Assembly: GCF_009914755.1 (NCBI RefSeq)
Contig: NC_060936.1
Direction: 5' to 3' (one strand)
Length of the DNA: 64,000 nt
From: the human T2T-CHM13v2.0 reference genome, Homo sapiens
The position numbers were made by a program, and so were the translations under genes. Shown here piece by piece: positions 24,943 to 38,380 of this stretch; within the stretch, counting starts at the first letter, position 1, and each line of letters starts with the position of its first letter. The notes beneath the pieces are model-generated. The model ran no database searches. It was not told the DNA's origin and saw nothing but the letters and a program-made list of their open reading frames with translations.

Positions 24943-26423
24943 CCCTGTATGCCTCATTAAGGCTTCCCTGAGCCCTGGGCTGGCTTCTTCCATGGAAGAT
25001 AGCAGAAGAAGCAAGGCTTGTCCCTGTTCACAGAAGATGCTAGCCAGATCAGGAGCTGAAGATAGCAAAAGAGGGAGAAGTCCAACCCACAGTCCCAGGC
25101 CCTGGTGAGTAAGGTCTGGTGCGAGGAGAAGGCTGATGATATGGAAGGGTGCTCCAGTCCTGCTTCTTCTGCTTGGAAATGGAGAATCCGGAGAACCTGG
25201 GGGATGCAAGATGGACAGGCTGCTCCTTGAGAACATCCAGTCTCCTAGAAAAAATGGGTGCTCTCAAGGTGACTGAATGAACTCAACTATGCCTTGTTAT
25301 TTTAAAACCCACTGTCTGCTTTCTGAATTGACAATCAAGAATCCATGTGTGTCTTAAACAACAATTGTTCATTGTAGTAGAACCCACTGGGAGAAGCCTT
25401 TTGGCTCAGGAACTCCATCTAGCCACAGCTGATTGAATTAGGGGTGGATACCTAACCCAAGTGGAGCCAATCTTATTCTGTGCCCACTGCAATGTAAGAT
25501 GTAAAATAGGTATTTTTGTCTCCTTGGATCAGTGCTGTATCTTTAGTGTCTAGAATTCTGCCTACCACACAGTAGGGGCTACATGAATATTTAATGAACA
25601 AATGAATGAATAAATAAGTCTCTGTGAGGAATTTGGAATTTTGACCTTGGAAACACAGAGAATGGCAGTTGTGGAAACTGAGTCACATTGGCTGCATAAG
25701 CTAGAAAGAACACCCACTCCTTCCCATGTCTGAGGTCTTCGGGTCTATCTCAGTCATGACTGAGTCCTGACTCTTTCTAAAGATGATTGGACTCCTCTTA
25801 ACTTTAGGACAGATGGCTCAACATCCTAACTATAAAACTCCTTCCTCCTTTCCTGCTTACATTCATTTCTGTTGCAACCAAAAACCTTTAATGACATGCT
25901 GAGAAATTTTGCACCTTGACATATTCTGTTCCCCACCTTAGGAGCTTCTCTAGGAGTCATAATCACTCCTGGCTGTACCTTGGGCTGCATCCAGATCTGC
26001 CCCAATGCCACCACCCCCAGCTCTGTGGGCTCTGGCTCTAAGACTACAGGGACCCAGAAGCAGGAAAGAGTGGCATCATGGAATTCCATGTCCTTTAGGG
26101 CAGGTGGGAGGTACTATGCCTCTTCTCCATCCAAGACCGCTCACTACATCCTGTCCTCAGATATGGCTCTTGGGACCCTCAAGTCAGATACTCCTAATTT
26201 TTCATCTGCTTTTGCTCTACAGACAGAAAGAGGAGGTGCCAAAGAAATCTACAGATTCATTCAAATCCTTATTAAAAATTCTCACAGACTTTTTTTTTCA
26301 GAAACAGAAAAATTGATCCTCAAATCCATAAGAAATTACAAGAAACCTTGAATTTCCAAAACAATCTTAAAAATGGAGAACAAAGTTGGAAGGCTCACAC
26401 TTAATATTTTAAAAATTCACTAC

Positions 26424-26458
26424 ATTACTTCTCAGCCTTTTGGCTAAGATCAAGTATA
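26424..26458 (+). pseudogene. 3'-truncated U2 snRNA retropseudogene (about nt 1-35)
   Basis: attacttctcagccttttggctaagatcaagtata matches the U2 5' end ATCGCTTCTCGGCCTTTTGGCTAAGATCAAGTGTA at 31/35. Flanked by aaaattcactac / aaaacttactac. Confidence 0.85.
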
Positions 26459-29084
26459 AAACTTACTACAAAGCTATGGTAATCAAGACTGTGTTTTATT
26501 GGCATAAGGATAGACATATAGATCAATGTAATGGAATTGAGAGTCTTGAAGTAAGCCCATATATCTATGACTAATTGATTTTGACAAGTGTGTAAAAATT
26601 CATTAGGGCATAAAGAGTCTTTTTGACAAATGATGCTAGGACAATTAGATATCCACATGCAAGAGAATGAAGTTGGACCCCTAACTCACGTCATATACAA
26701 AACTTAGCTCAATATGGATCAATGACCTAAATATAACAACTAAAACTAAATACACCTAGAAGAAAATTTAGTGGTAATCTTTATGACCTTGGATTTGGCA
26801 ATGGATTCTTACATATGACATGAAAAAAGTAAGCCACAAAAGAAAAAATACTTAAATTGGACTTCACGCAAAATAAAACTTTTGTGTATCACAAGCCACT
26901 CCAAGAAAGTGAAAAGACGATGTATAGACTGGGAGAAAATATTTGCAGATCATATATCTGCGAAGGGCTTAAAATTCAGAATATGTAAAGAACCTCTACA
27001 ACCCAACAAAAAATCCAATTTTAAATTGGGCAAAAGATCTCAACGGACATTTCTCCATTGATTTACAAATGTCTAGTAAACACATAAAAAGACGCTAAGC
27101 ATCATTAGTCATTGGGGAAATGCAAACCAAAACCACAGTCACGTATTACTTCACATCCACTAGAATGGCTATAGTAAAAATCCTGGAAAATAACAAGGGT
27201 GGGCAAGGATGTGGAAAATTTGGAACTCTCGTACATTCTTGGTGGGAATGTACAACGATAAATCTACTGTGGAAAACAGTTTGGTGACTCCACAAGAAGC
27301 TAAGCATAGGAATTGCTGTATTATCCAGTAATTTCACTCCTAGTATACATTGAAAACAGGAACTCAAACAGATACTTATGTGCCAGTGTATATTGCAGCA
27401 TAATTCACAATAGCCCAAAGGTAGAAATCACCCAAGTGTTTTTCAACTGATGAATATCTAAACAAATTGTGGTGTATACATACAATAAAATATTATTCAG
27501 TCATACAAAAGAATGATGGTCTGATACATGTTAAAATATTGGTGAGCCTTAAAAACATGCTTAGTAAACTAAACCAGACATAAAATGAGAAAATCTGTGT
27601 GATTCTACTCATATGAATTGCCTAGACTAGGCCAATTCATAAAGCCAAAGAGGAGATCAGAGGTCACCAGGAACTGTGGGAAAGGAAAAATAGGGAGTTA
27701 CTGCCTAATGAGTCCAGAGTTTCTATCTGTGGTAATGTAAAAGTTTTGGACACAGAGGTGATGCTTGCACAACATTGTGAATGTAGTTAGTGCCACAGAA
27801 TTGTACACTTAAAATGGTTAAAATGACAAATTTGTTATATAAATGTTATCACAATAAAATTAAAACAAAATAAATGTGTAAATTAAAAAATTAATATTCC
27901 AGACCATAAAAACATGCAGCATGGAAATGACTGTCATTAGATAAGAACAGGTTAAACTTTTAATTTTATATGAAATGAACATAAAGATACCAATTTTAAA
28001 CCCAGCACATGAAAATTTGATATCAATAGAAACAGGAAAGGAAAAAGATCTGCAATAAAGCATTAAAATAGAGTAAAAAGAAGAAATGAGAAGATAGAAA
28101 ACAATGCAATCACAATTGTATTGAGTGTAAAAATGTTTCTCAATAGTAATTTTGAGATTACATTATTAAATAAAGTGTCAAAAATGAAATATTTGTTTTC
28201 TACAAGAGACATTTAAAAATAAAATGCAGAAGTGTTGAAAATGCAGAGGTGGAAAACACACAATTTAGAAATGATAAATGCTTGAAGTGATGGATCCTAA
28301 ATATCTTGACTTTTATTACACATTATATACATGAAACAAAATATCACATATACCTTACAAAGTTGAACAAATATTATGTATCAAAATAAAATAAAATAAA
28401 ATGTAACAAAATTAGGGAATTTACCAAGGGTGAAATAAAATTTAAAGCAAAAATTTTCATGGCAAACTTTTTTAATATCAGTAAAAATAACCATAAAAAA
28501 GTAATGACCATGAATAAAAATGCAATTATCAACATTGCTTCAAATTAAATGCAACTACAAATAAAATAATTATGAGCATAAAGAAATAAATCAGTAATTG
28601 TAAGTGTAGGTTTACTAATTTAACTATTGGAAATTGTCATATATTAAAGACGTAAACAAGTAATATCATTAATATTGTTCATCTAATGCATATACATTTA
28701 ACTTTAACACATCAAACTCATTTAAAGAAAATCATTCACAAAAATGGATCATGTATTGGGCCAAATGAATCTTATCCTAGGCCAAATATCATACACATAT
28801 GCTGTCTGACTCAAATAAAATAAGATATCAATACAAAAGTTACCTTTAAAAATCTCATTATTGTTAAATATCTCTTGCATTAAAAGGAAAGTGTAAAGAA
28901 TATTTTGAAATTATTTGAATTGAATACAATATAAGAACCATGTGCCAACATTTGTGGAATACATATAAGTTGATATTTGGGCAGAAAACATACAATTTTG
29001 AATACCTTTACTAAAAAAAAAAAGAAAGATTGGACAAAGCTAGTGAAACAAACAACTTTTGCCTTCAAAAGTATGGCAAACCAT

Positions 29085-29400
29085 TATCCTAAGCAAATTA
29101 ACACAGAAACCGAAAACCAACTATCACATGCTCTTGCTTATAAGCGGGAGCTAAACATTGGTTCACACAGACGTAAAAATGGGAACAATAGACACTGGCG
29201 ACTAAGTGGAGAGGGAGGGATGGCAGGGGTCAGGGGGCAAGGACTGTCAAACTACCTATTGAGTACCATGCTCACTACCTGGGTGATGGGTTCAATTATA
29301 CCCCAAACCTCAGCATCAAGGAATATAACCTACTAACAAACCTGCACCTGTACCCCTTAATCTAAAATAGAAGTTAAAATTATTTTTATAAATTAAAAAA
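29085..29400 (+). mobile_element. L1PB/PA-type 3' end
   Basis: aactacctattgagtaccatgctcactacctgggtgatggg..aaacctgcacctgtacccc 3' UTR motifs. Confidence 0.8.
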
Positions 29401-29689
29401 ATCTGTATAAAAATATATGAAAAACCAGATGTCTGGAAAAATCCTTCCAGTCAGGAAAACATAAAGATACTGAAAAAGAAGCCTTCAGAAATATTTTTAA
29501 AGTGTATGGTCCAGCTGTCAAGAGAGTTAAAAAAGAATCCTCAGATGCCAAAAATAGTAGGAAAGTGCAAATCATGAGAGGAAACAGTGCTGAAGATAGA
29601 GTTAGTCCCTAACTAACTATCTTGGAGTTGGATAGAGGAGTTTATCGAGGAGACGGCATTGTCACTCTCCTTTAAACCAGTGTGTAAGT

Positions 29690-31120
29690 ATTTTTTAATT
29701 TTGTTATGTTTTTAAATTGATGTTCCGCAGTGAAAAGGTATATGCAAAACTATCCCTAAAGGCTGAGGGAGCTGAGAGGCCAAAGAAAGAGTCTAACAAT
29801 TCCAGTTTCTCAAAAAGAAATATTTATTGATTTATTTATAATTTTTACTTCAACAACTTTTTGGGTACAAGTGTTTTTTTGTCACGTGGATGAGTTATAT
29901 AGTGGTGAATTCTGAGATTTTAGTGCACCCATCACCTGAGTAGTGTAAATTGTACCTAATATGTAGCTTTTTTATCCCTATCCTCCCTTCCAGCCTCCCC
30001 TTTTTGAGTCTCTAAAGACCATGATATCACTCTGTATGTCTTTGTACACTCATAGCTTAGCTCCCGCTTATAACTGAAACATACAGTTTTGGTTTTCCAG
30101 CCATGTGTGTTACTTCACTTAGAATAATGGCCTCCAGGTCTATCCAAGTTGCTGCAAAAGATATATATATCTTATACATATATATATCTATCTTATACAT
30201 ATATATATCTTATACATATATATATCTTATACATATATATCTTATACATATATATACACACACAATCTTTTTTAAAAGAAAGCAATATTTAATAGGAACT
30301 TATAAACAGAGGCAATGTCTTGGGTGGCCGCAAGATATTGGATCCCCACAGCCGCCCTCCAGAAAATATCCTTTATATATTAAGCTTTTTGGGTAAAACA
30401 TGTGCAGCTCTTCATACCTCAGGCTCTCTTGCTAAAACTTATGACCATTAAGAAGGTTAGATAAGCATCTTTATGAGGGGCTCTCTATGTCACAGGAATT
30501 ATTTAAAGAACTTGCTGCAGAACACATTGGCATGCAGGAGTTAAACATCAGTCGTTGTGGTAGTTTCGCTTCAGGATGGCATCACTCTTTCTACGCAATA
30601 GGCTATTTTCCTACGTTATATAATAATTACTGTACACATTTATCAGGTACATAGTGATGTTTTGAAACATACAATGTATAGTGATTCAATAGGTTAATAA
30701 GAAGATCTATCATCTTAAACGTTTATCATTTCTTTGTTGGGAATATTAAAATCCTCCTTCCTGGTATTTAAAACTATGTATTATTGTTAGCTATAGTCAT
30801 CCTATAGTCCTATAAAACACTAGAACGTATTCCTCCTATCTAGCTGTATTTTGTATACTTTTACAAACCCCTATCCTTCCCAGCCTCTGGTATACTCTGC
30901 TCTTCTTTTTACTTCTATGAGATCTTCTTTTTTTAGTTTCCTTATATGAGCGAGAATATGTGGCGCTTAACTTTTTGTTTCTGGCTTATTTCAGGTACCA
31001 TAATGTCTTCCTTTCCATCCATGTTGTAGCAAATGACATTTCATTCTTTAAAAAAAACTGTTATGGCTAAACAGTATTCCATTGTGTACATATACAGCAT
31101 TTTCTTCATCCATTCATAAA
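29690..31120 (-). mobile_element. Nested stack: L1MA-like 3' end > LTR (LTR32-like, 29721-30615) > L1PB-like 3' end (~29830-30160) + minisatellite
   Basis: The outer L1 3' UTR is split at 29720/30616. The LTR has TG..CA-like termini on the - strand and an internal TATA box (30371-30380), and is itself split by a second L1 3' end. Confidence 0.65.
30160..30264. repeat. AT-rich minisatellite, unit ~TCTTATACATATATATA
   Basis: About 5 imperfect copies read directly. Confidence 0.9.
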
Positions 31121-34100
31121 CCAGTGCTTATGTTTTAAAAGACCATATGCATGTTGGATAAGATACCTGGTTTGGACTTCTCCAAAGTTAGAAGTGAGAT
31201 TGGATACTATCAACAAGCCAAGATCCCTGAAAGGCAAAACCTTAATAGGCAAATGAGAAAATAATATACGTCCAACAAAAGGCTAAAGTAGGAATACTTA
31301 ACACTCAGCCAGGGCAGTGAATTGAAAGGGGAATGTAAAGGGGAATGAAAGAGGAATGTTGCTCTAAGAATTTGTTATAATAGCCTTTCACTCATGTATA
31401 TTTGGGGCTAGAAGTTGAATTCTACATAGCCTAAATCATTACAAACTGAAAAGTTTAGCTTAAAGAAGTTGATACTGGAAGTGATCCCAGTCAGCCTTTA
31501 CAAAGTCAAACTTTTTCTGGCAGACGTCACTGTAAACCTGATCTCAAAGAATTCCCACAGATAATATTCTAATAAAACTGAGTTCAAAATAAAATCATAA
31601 AACATGTGAGGACCAAACCAATATAATTGAAAGTTAGTACAAACAACAAAGTTAGTAATCAGAGCTACAAAGGCAGCAGATATCAGAATTAGAGCTTCTG
31701 CAGTCTGTGCAAATGCTAAGGAAGGTTCTTTCTCTTTCCCTTGTTTCTCAAAGCAAGTATGACTAAACAGATATTTTTTCACAGGCCTCATCTTTTATTT
31801 AATTATATTTTTCATATGACATAAATTATTGCATAGAAAATTACATAATACTACAAGAAAATAAAAATTATCTATAATCCCAATATCTACAGGTAAAGAA
31901 CCTAGACATCCAGTTTATGTATAAATCTAATCAAAACAGATTTTTTAAGTAACATGCTTATTATCTGTCATCTATCTATGTTGAGATCTATTTTACAACG
32001 TATGTAGAAACATGTTAACAATGGTTAGTTGAGTACTGCAAATGTGCATAATCAATTTCTTCTTTATATATTTTTGTGTTTGCTAATTTTAGATGAAACT
32101 GTATTTTATAGTACAAAATGGAGCTTTTGATGAAAGGAACAGGTATCAGTAAAAATAAGCTAATATTGGCAAAAATAGCAGAAGAAAACATAAATCAATA
32201 TGAGATCATGTAAATTACCCACCTATTGCCCCAAACATTACAAACTAGTTACTTACTAAACAGCAAATTAAGAAAAAATCATAACACATATATGGCATAG
32301 TGTTAATGTATAAACTAGTCACAAAATTGGTAAGAAAAACTATAAGACATGAAAAAATAAGGAGAAAACAAATGAACAATTCCCAAAAAGTATATGCTAT
32401 TGGTTAATCCCGTAGTAATGCTTAACTTCACTAGTAATCAAATATATGTGAAGTAAAGATATTTTTGCAATCAAAGTAGTGACATTAAAAATAATAACCT
32501 GTTTGATTTTGAGACTGCAACAGGACGGATATTTTTTCACTATTAACATATAGGTTTATTATATCTACAGAGCAATTTATCAATTCTGCAAGGAATTTAT
32601 CAAGTTTCTCCCCATTGGAATTTTCCTTAAAAATAATTTACATACTGCTGTCTCTATATATTAGTCACACTGGACCTTTAGTTTCTGGACTACCCTCTAC
32701 TCCTTCTTGCTTCAAGGCCTTGACATGATGGTTTCCCACCCCAAATTTCTCCTCTTTTGTCCACCATACTCCTACACATTATTAAGATATCAAATTAAAC
32801 CATCTTAACCACAGTGACATCTTGTCCATTCTCATGACCAGGTCAGGTCAGCATCCTATAGTTTTTCTCTCCCAATATCATAAATATCATTGTTTAAGTT
32901 AGCTAGCTATTCATTTGTTTTCTATTAGAATATATTATCCATTATATTGGTATGTTGTTCACTACTATATCCTCAATACCTAGCCAAGTTAGCATTCAAA
33001 TAGTATTCATATGAATGAATAGTATTCACTCTCTATAATACTCATATTATGTTTATTTCTAAAAGTGGAAAACTGAAGACAACTTAAACGTAAACGATAT
33101 GATAAACACTAAGTATATTATTGTATATTTGCAAGGGGAGTTATTATGTACCCCTTAAAAAGATTATTACAAATAATTTTTGAAAACATGGGAAAATGAA
33201 TAAATTCTACATAATCAACATAATCTATACAGAGAACATAGTTCTTTATACAATATAATTTCAAATGAGCCAACCTGGTATATTTGGTTGAAATAGGCAG
33301 CAGCATTAGGTTTTTTTTTCTGTTATCTCTTAACTATCTGTACATTCTAAACACAATAGTTTAAAAATATAAAAATATTGATTTGGAAACCTGACATAGA
33401 AAATTAATTAAGTCCTTATATTTGGAAATATTCCACTCATTAGGCCATAAGTATGAGATCAAGGCACTTTCGGAAGTTGCCAAAATAAGTCACTGAGTTT
33501 ATAACCTGGGTTGGACATAAAAGTTAACTTTAAAACTCAAAATTTGAAACGTTTCTGTGAGTGCAAGTTTGTGTATATGAATGTGTGTGTGTGCATGTTC
33601 ATGTGTGTGTGTGTATGAAGCCTGAAGACAGAACATTTCATATTTCACCCAGATTCTATCCTGTGTTCATCTTGTGTCCTTTGGTCAGGGACTGTGTTGA
33701 ATCTTGCAGCCTTTGGATCGATGCTTCTAGAAAAATCTTTACTCAACTTTAATTGGTTCATAACCTGCCTTATCTCAAATCACTGATTTTGAAGAGCATA
33801 TTTATTTCATCAGTGTTTTGATCCCATATCCCTCAACTAGACCCTTGTTTCCCTAACTATATTTCACAGAACTACATCTACTCCTCTGACTACTTGCTAC
33901 ACATCGTACACCAGTAAAAAAGGATGTTAGATTCTAAAAAATGAAAAAAAAACCTTTAAATAATTAAAATAGCATTCTGTAAAGAAGTACCACCATCTAT
34001 CCTCACTTCCATGTTCTAAATGTCAAGATTGATCTAATTTTCTTTCTTTCTTTTTTTTCCTTTGGGTTTTCTGGGAGAATGGGTGTCCTTGCTTCAGAAA

Positions 34101-34442
34101 AGTCAGGTAAAGCACAACAAGAAGTTTTATTTTAGAGCTTATTCTCACCGTTATAATCTTTACAGCGAATAGTCTCCAGGCTGATGGTCTTCCTCTAGGA
34201 AGTTTGTAGGAAGAAGTTGCAGGGTGGGGAAGCTGACTAAGCCACTGAATTTGCATGTGAGATTAAAATCTCCTCAAAGACTGAGATTCCCTGAAACATA
34301 GTCAAAACAATTATGGAAGATTTCAGTGATCTTTAATGACACAGTTAAAAAGACAATGCAAGAATGCAGTGCAATGAAACAGATCTTCAAGGATTTATTC
34401 ACTGGATTCCTTTCGTGGAACATCCATCTCTTCCCAAGGTGT

Positions 34443-35366
34443 CTATGTGACTCTGAGATTTTTCCTTTTCTCACAGCACTTCAATTGCTGCAGTACCCTC
34501 AAAGAGGCTTGCTTTAGCTTGCTGTTTCCTAGAATTAAGATAAATGAGTGACCCCAGGGATAGATGGCTGTGGTTGTCATTCCAAACATAAGCAGCAGTT
34601 TGTTTTCTCGCACAGTAAAACATGATATTTCTATGGCCATGCCTATAAAATACAAGATAAAGAGGATGATGAAAGATATCAAAACTTTCATTGCCTTCAC
34701 ATGAGCTTCTGTGTTGGAGTCTCTCAATCCTGTCACATTCGATTGCATCTGCCTGTTGTGTCTCCAAAGGGAAATGATTAAAAAAATACATGTAATTAGG
34801 GATAGTGTAAAGAAGAAAATGACTCCCAGATTTAGCAAAATCTGTTTAATAAAGTATTCACTTTTATACATGTTGAGATCCCAGACTGTGTCATTCTTCA
34901 TTTTATAATCATTAAGAATCTTCGCAATGTATGCAAAATTAAGTAACGATGAAATAAGTAAGAATACTATCATGAAGGGAAGAACCATATTTGTTCTGCT
35001 CTTCAACCAGAGAAATATGTAGTTGGAAAAATTTGCTATCTTCAGGAAATAGAAGATGCTGAGGCTGGTGGCAAACCACATACTTGATTGATTACCAATT
35101 ACCCAAAAGTAACTAATATATTCAATTAGGTTACCGGAGGCATATATATTTGGAGAGAATATCTGTATAAATCCATCTGTAATTATTATCCATATCAGAA
35201 AAATTCTTGAAATAGCTAAGCCGGTGAGAATAAAGCCAATCGTAGATAACTTATTCTTGGCACAGTCAATGCAGTTTACAAGTCCAATAAATCCATTCCC
35301 CAAAACCCCAAACACTGACTCACTAACTACAACAAAAATGAAGATGCCTTCCACTACACGTAGCAT
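34443..35366 (-). CDS. TAS2R10: Taste receptor type 2 member 10, 307 aa
   Basis: Intact ORF MLRVVEGIFIFVVVSESVFG.. with TAS2R motifs; ECL2 sequon NDT; candidate AATAAA on the - strand at 34394-34399. Confidence 0.98.
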   Translation of the reverse strand: MLRVVEGIFIFVVVSESVFGVLGNGFIGLVNCIDCAKNKLSTIGFILTGLAISRIFLIWIIITDGFIQIFSPNIYASGNLIEYISYFWVIGNQSSMWFATSLSIFYFLKIANFSNYIFLWLKSRTNMVLPFMIVFLLISSLLNFAYIAKILNDYKMKNDTVWDLNMYKSEYFIKQILLNLGVIFFFTLSLITCIFLIISLWRHNRQMQSNVTGLRDSNTEAHVKAMKVLISFIILFILYFIGMAIEISCFTVRENKLLLMFGMTTTAIYPWGHSFILILGNSKLKQASLRVLQQLKCCEKRKNLRVT

Positions 35367-35619
35367 ATCTGCTAATTCTTAATATTGCTTCTGTTACATC
35401 TATCTTAGATTACCTGCTGCAGAATGAGGCATATATTGGCTGCTCGACGGAAGTGTGACTTTCTTCTCTTTCATTATATAAAGACTTGAAATTGCCCCAG
35501 TAATGGCTTGAGATGGAATCAGAAATTTCTTAATGAAGACCTTTCCAAATATGTCTACAAAACATAGCTAGTCTGGAGAATGTATGTTCAGACTGAATGC
35601 CTATCTATAATTTGTTAAA

Positions 35620-35627
35620 ATGCAAAT
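35620..35627 (+). promoter_or_regulatory. POU octamer ATGCAAAT, 254 bp upstream of TAS2R10 ATG
   Basis: Exact octamer at the conserved position. Confidence 0.6.
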
Positions 35628-37454
35628 GAAAGTTTCTGTTTCATGGATTTTACATGTCCTCCTGAGACTATTTTGCATTTAATAAATTGAATTGTGGAGG
35701 AGGAGTGCCAAACATATACCTATAGAATGTAATGCAAAACAGAAACAAAAATTTTGACTTTATCTTTTAAAATATCAAATCATTATTTATGTCATTTATA
35801 ATCAATTTATATATGTACAGAAAATACTATATAGAAATGAAAAACAAATTTAGCCACTGTAGATACTTACTCTAAATGATCGATTTAATTTTTAATTAAA
35901 ATTTAAGCTCAACTCTAGGTATGACAAGTTTCACAAATATGTCACAAATCTGTTGCTGTTGTTTTATACTTATGGTTATTACACCCTTGAATGCAGAAGA
36001 TTATGTTGACTACCCTTGACATGAAAGGCTCTTAGGAATAATCTCTTCATTTAACACATTACTGTTTGCTGGCACCCATTCATTTATCCAACAAGTATTT
36101 ACTGAATGTCTAGATACAACAAGCTCTCTTTTGATCTTTGAGGGAATATAGTGGTAGACAGAATTTCAAAACTTGTGTGATTTATGGAGTGTATATTCTA
36201 ATGAGGGAGGTGGGAAACAATTAAGTAAATCAACATACTGATCTAAGAATTAAAAGTGAAATTAAAAGTGAAATCTAACATTTATTGAGCTTTTATTATA
36301 TTCCTAGCGCTATGTTAAGTATCTTTTTCTCATCTTAATTTCACAAGCCTTCAATCCTTTAAAAGAGGGGCTATTTTTGTATTTACATTAAATATGAATA
36401 AACTAAGCTTTGGAGAAAAGAAGACCTTCTCTCACTTATCCTGGCATGACTACCATAAATAAAATTGCACAATGATTTCAAAATGAAGTTAAATTAAGCT
36501 TAGGAATAGACTACAAATGATAGCAAAACAAAACAAACCAACCAAAAGCAAGTAGAAAACTTAAATTCTCATGGGCTGCACATACTGAAATTGACAGATA
36601 AGAATATGTATAGATAAATTAGCTAATGTATACACTGTTTACAAAAAACAAGATGCAATTTCAGAGAAGAGCAGCAAGAGACTGTTAGAAAGAAATTGGA
36701 ACATTTGGGGAAAAAACTTCTAGAAATGGAGAATATAATTATATAAAATGTAAATGAACTAAATACTCCAAGTAAAAAATTAATAGTAACAAAGAAGAAT
36801 TTAAAACTCTGACCGTATACTGCTTACAAGAAACACAATTTAAATATAGAAAAGGAAAACTTTAAAGTAAAATTATGGAAAAATAAGCCATGCAAACATC
36901 ATCCAAAAGAAATCTGGCATAATTATAACAATATTCTATAAAGCAGACTTTAAGGTAAGAAGCAGCATTAGAGAAGAAATGGGGAGTGTACTTTATAGTG
37001 ATAAAAATGCTCAAATCTACAGAAAGGTAGGGTAATCCCAAAAATTTATGAACCAAATAATCTACCAAACATTTACAGAAAAGGAAAAATAAGACAAATC
37101 TACAATCACAATGAAAGACTGTAAAATACATAACTCAATAACTCATCTTAGAAACACCAAAAATCAATAGATGGAAAATACATGAAAAAACAATTGACAA
37201 ACTTGTGTTCAACGGTAAAATAATTCATATTCTTTTCAAGTGCACATAGACTATTTTTACCAAGACTGATCATGAATCCAAAAGAATATCTCACAAGTGT
37301 TGAATGTTCTCTGAATTCAAAGGAATAAAATGAAGTTCAATAATAAAAAGATAACTAGAGAAAGAAACAATTTACTAAGACAAAAAACCTGTAAATACTC
37401 TTGAGTCAAAGAAGAAATAACAAAAATTAGAAAAATATTTTTAAGTAAATAATA

Positions 37455-37697
37455 CAGGTTGTGTATCCCTTATCTGAAATGTGTGAGACCAGAGAGCTTT
37501 GGATTTCGGATTTTTTTTTCTTTTTTTTTAAGTTTTGGAACATTTGCATCATACTGATTAAGCATCTCGAATTCAAAAATTTGAAATCCAAAATGTTCCA
37601 ATGAGCATATCCTTTGAGCGTAATGTCAGCGCTCAAAGAGTTTCAGATTTTGGAGCATTTCAAATTTCAGATTTTTGGATTAGGGATACTCAACGTG
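37455..37697 (+). mobile_element. Tigger4a/MER46-type MITE
   Basis: Terminal inverted repeats caggttgtgtatccct / agggatactcaacgtg flanked by TA. Confidence 0.8.
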
Positions 37698-37978
37698 TAA
37701 TAAAGAAATGACCTATTAAAATTTACATAATCCAATTAAAGCCATTCTTTGAAGGAAATTTGTAGCCTTGAATGCATCTTTTAGAAAGGCAGGGTAAAAA
37801 CAGATGAATTTTGTTTTCATCTCAAGAAGCTAGAAAGCTAAGAGTGAAAGAAAATAGAAGTCAAGAAATTATAGTTACAGCAGAAATCACCGATAGAAAA
37901 GAATTAGGTACAGTAATATACTAATGTTGGTCAAAAGAAAATACAAATTACTACAGTCCTTAGAGATATCAGAAATAT

Positions 37979-38380
37979 GGCCTGGGTGTGGTAGCTAATG
38001 CCTGTCATTTCAGCACTTTGGGAGGCCCAGGTGTGAGAATCACTTGAGTCCAGGAGTTTGAGACCAGCCTGGGAAACATAGCAAGACCTTATCTCTACTA
38101 AAAAAAATAAATAAATAAAAATAATTTAGCAGGGCATGGTGGTGTGCACCTGTAGTCCCAGCTACTTGGGAGGCCGAGCAGGAGGATTGCCTGAGCCCAG
38201 GAGTTTGAACTTGCAGTGAGCTATAATTGGGCCACTGCACTCCAGCCTGGGTGACAGAGTGAGACCTCATCTCTCTCTCTCTCTTTCTCTGTCTCTCTCT
38301 CTCTCTCTCTCTATACATACATATATATACATATATATATACATATACATATATATATAATACTATATAATATAGTTACA
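37979..38380 (+). mobile_element. AluJ whose tail is replaced by a (CT)n(AT/AC)n microsatellite
   Basis: Full dimeric Alu 37979-~38272 followed directly by CT then AT repeats. Confidence 0.9.

Larger units (their letters stand above)
24380..27880 (+). mobile_element. Old L1 (L1MB-like) ORF2 3' half and 3' UTR, interrupted at 24830-26239
   Basis: ORF2 motifs aagacatcccatgttcatggat, acttactacaaagct, gaaatgcaaaccaaaaccaca; 3' end gtacacttaaaatggttaaaatg. Confidence 0.85.

Noticed and set aside
24829-25236. 135-aa ORF ending in K9/YI repeats
   Set aside because: The C-terminus is poly(T)/(TA)n translation, and no protein family is recognisable.
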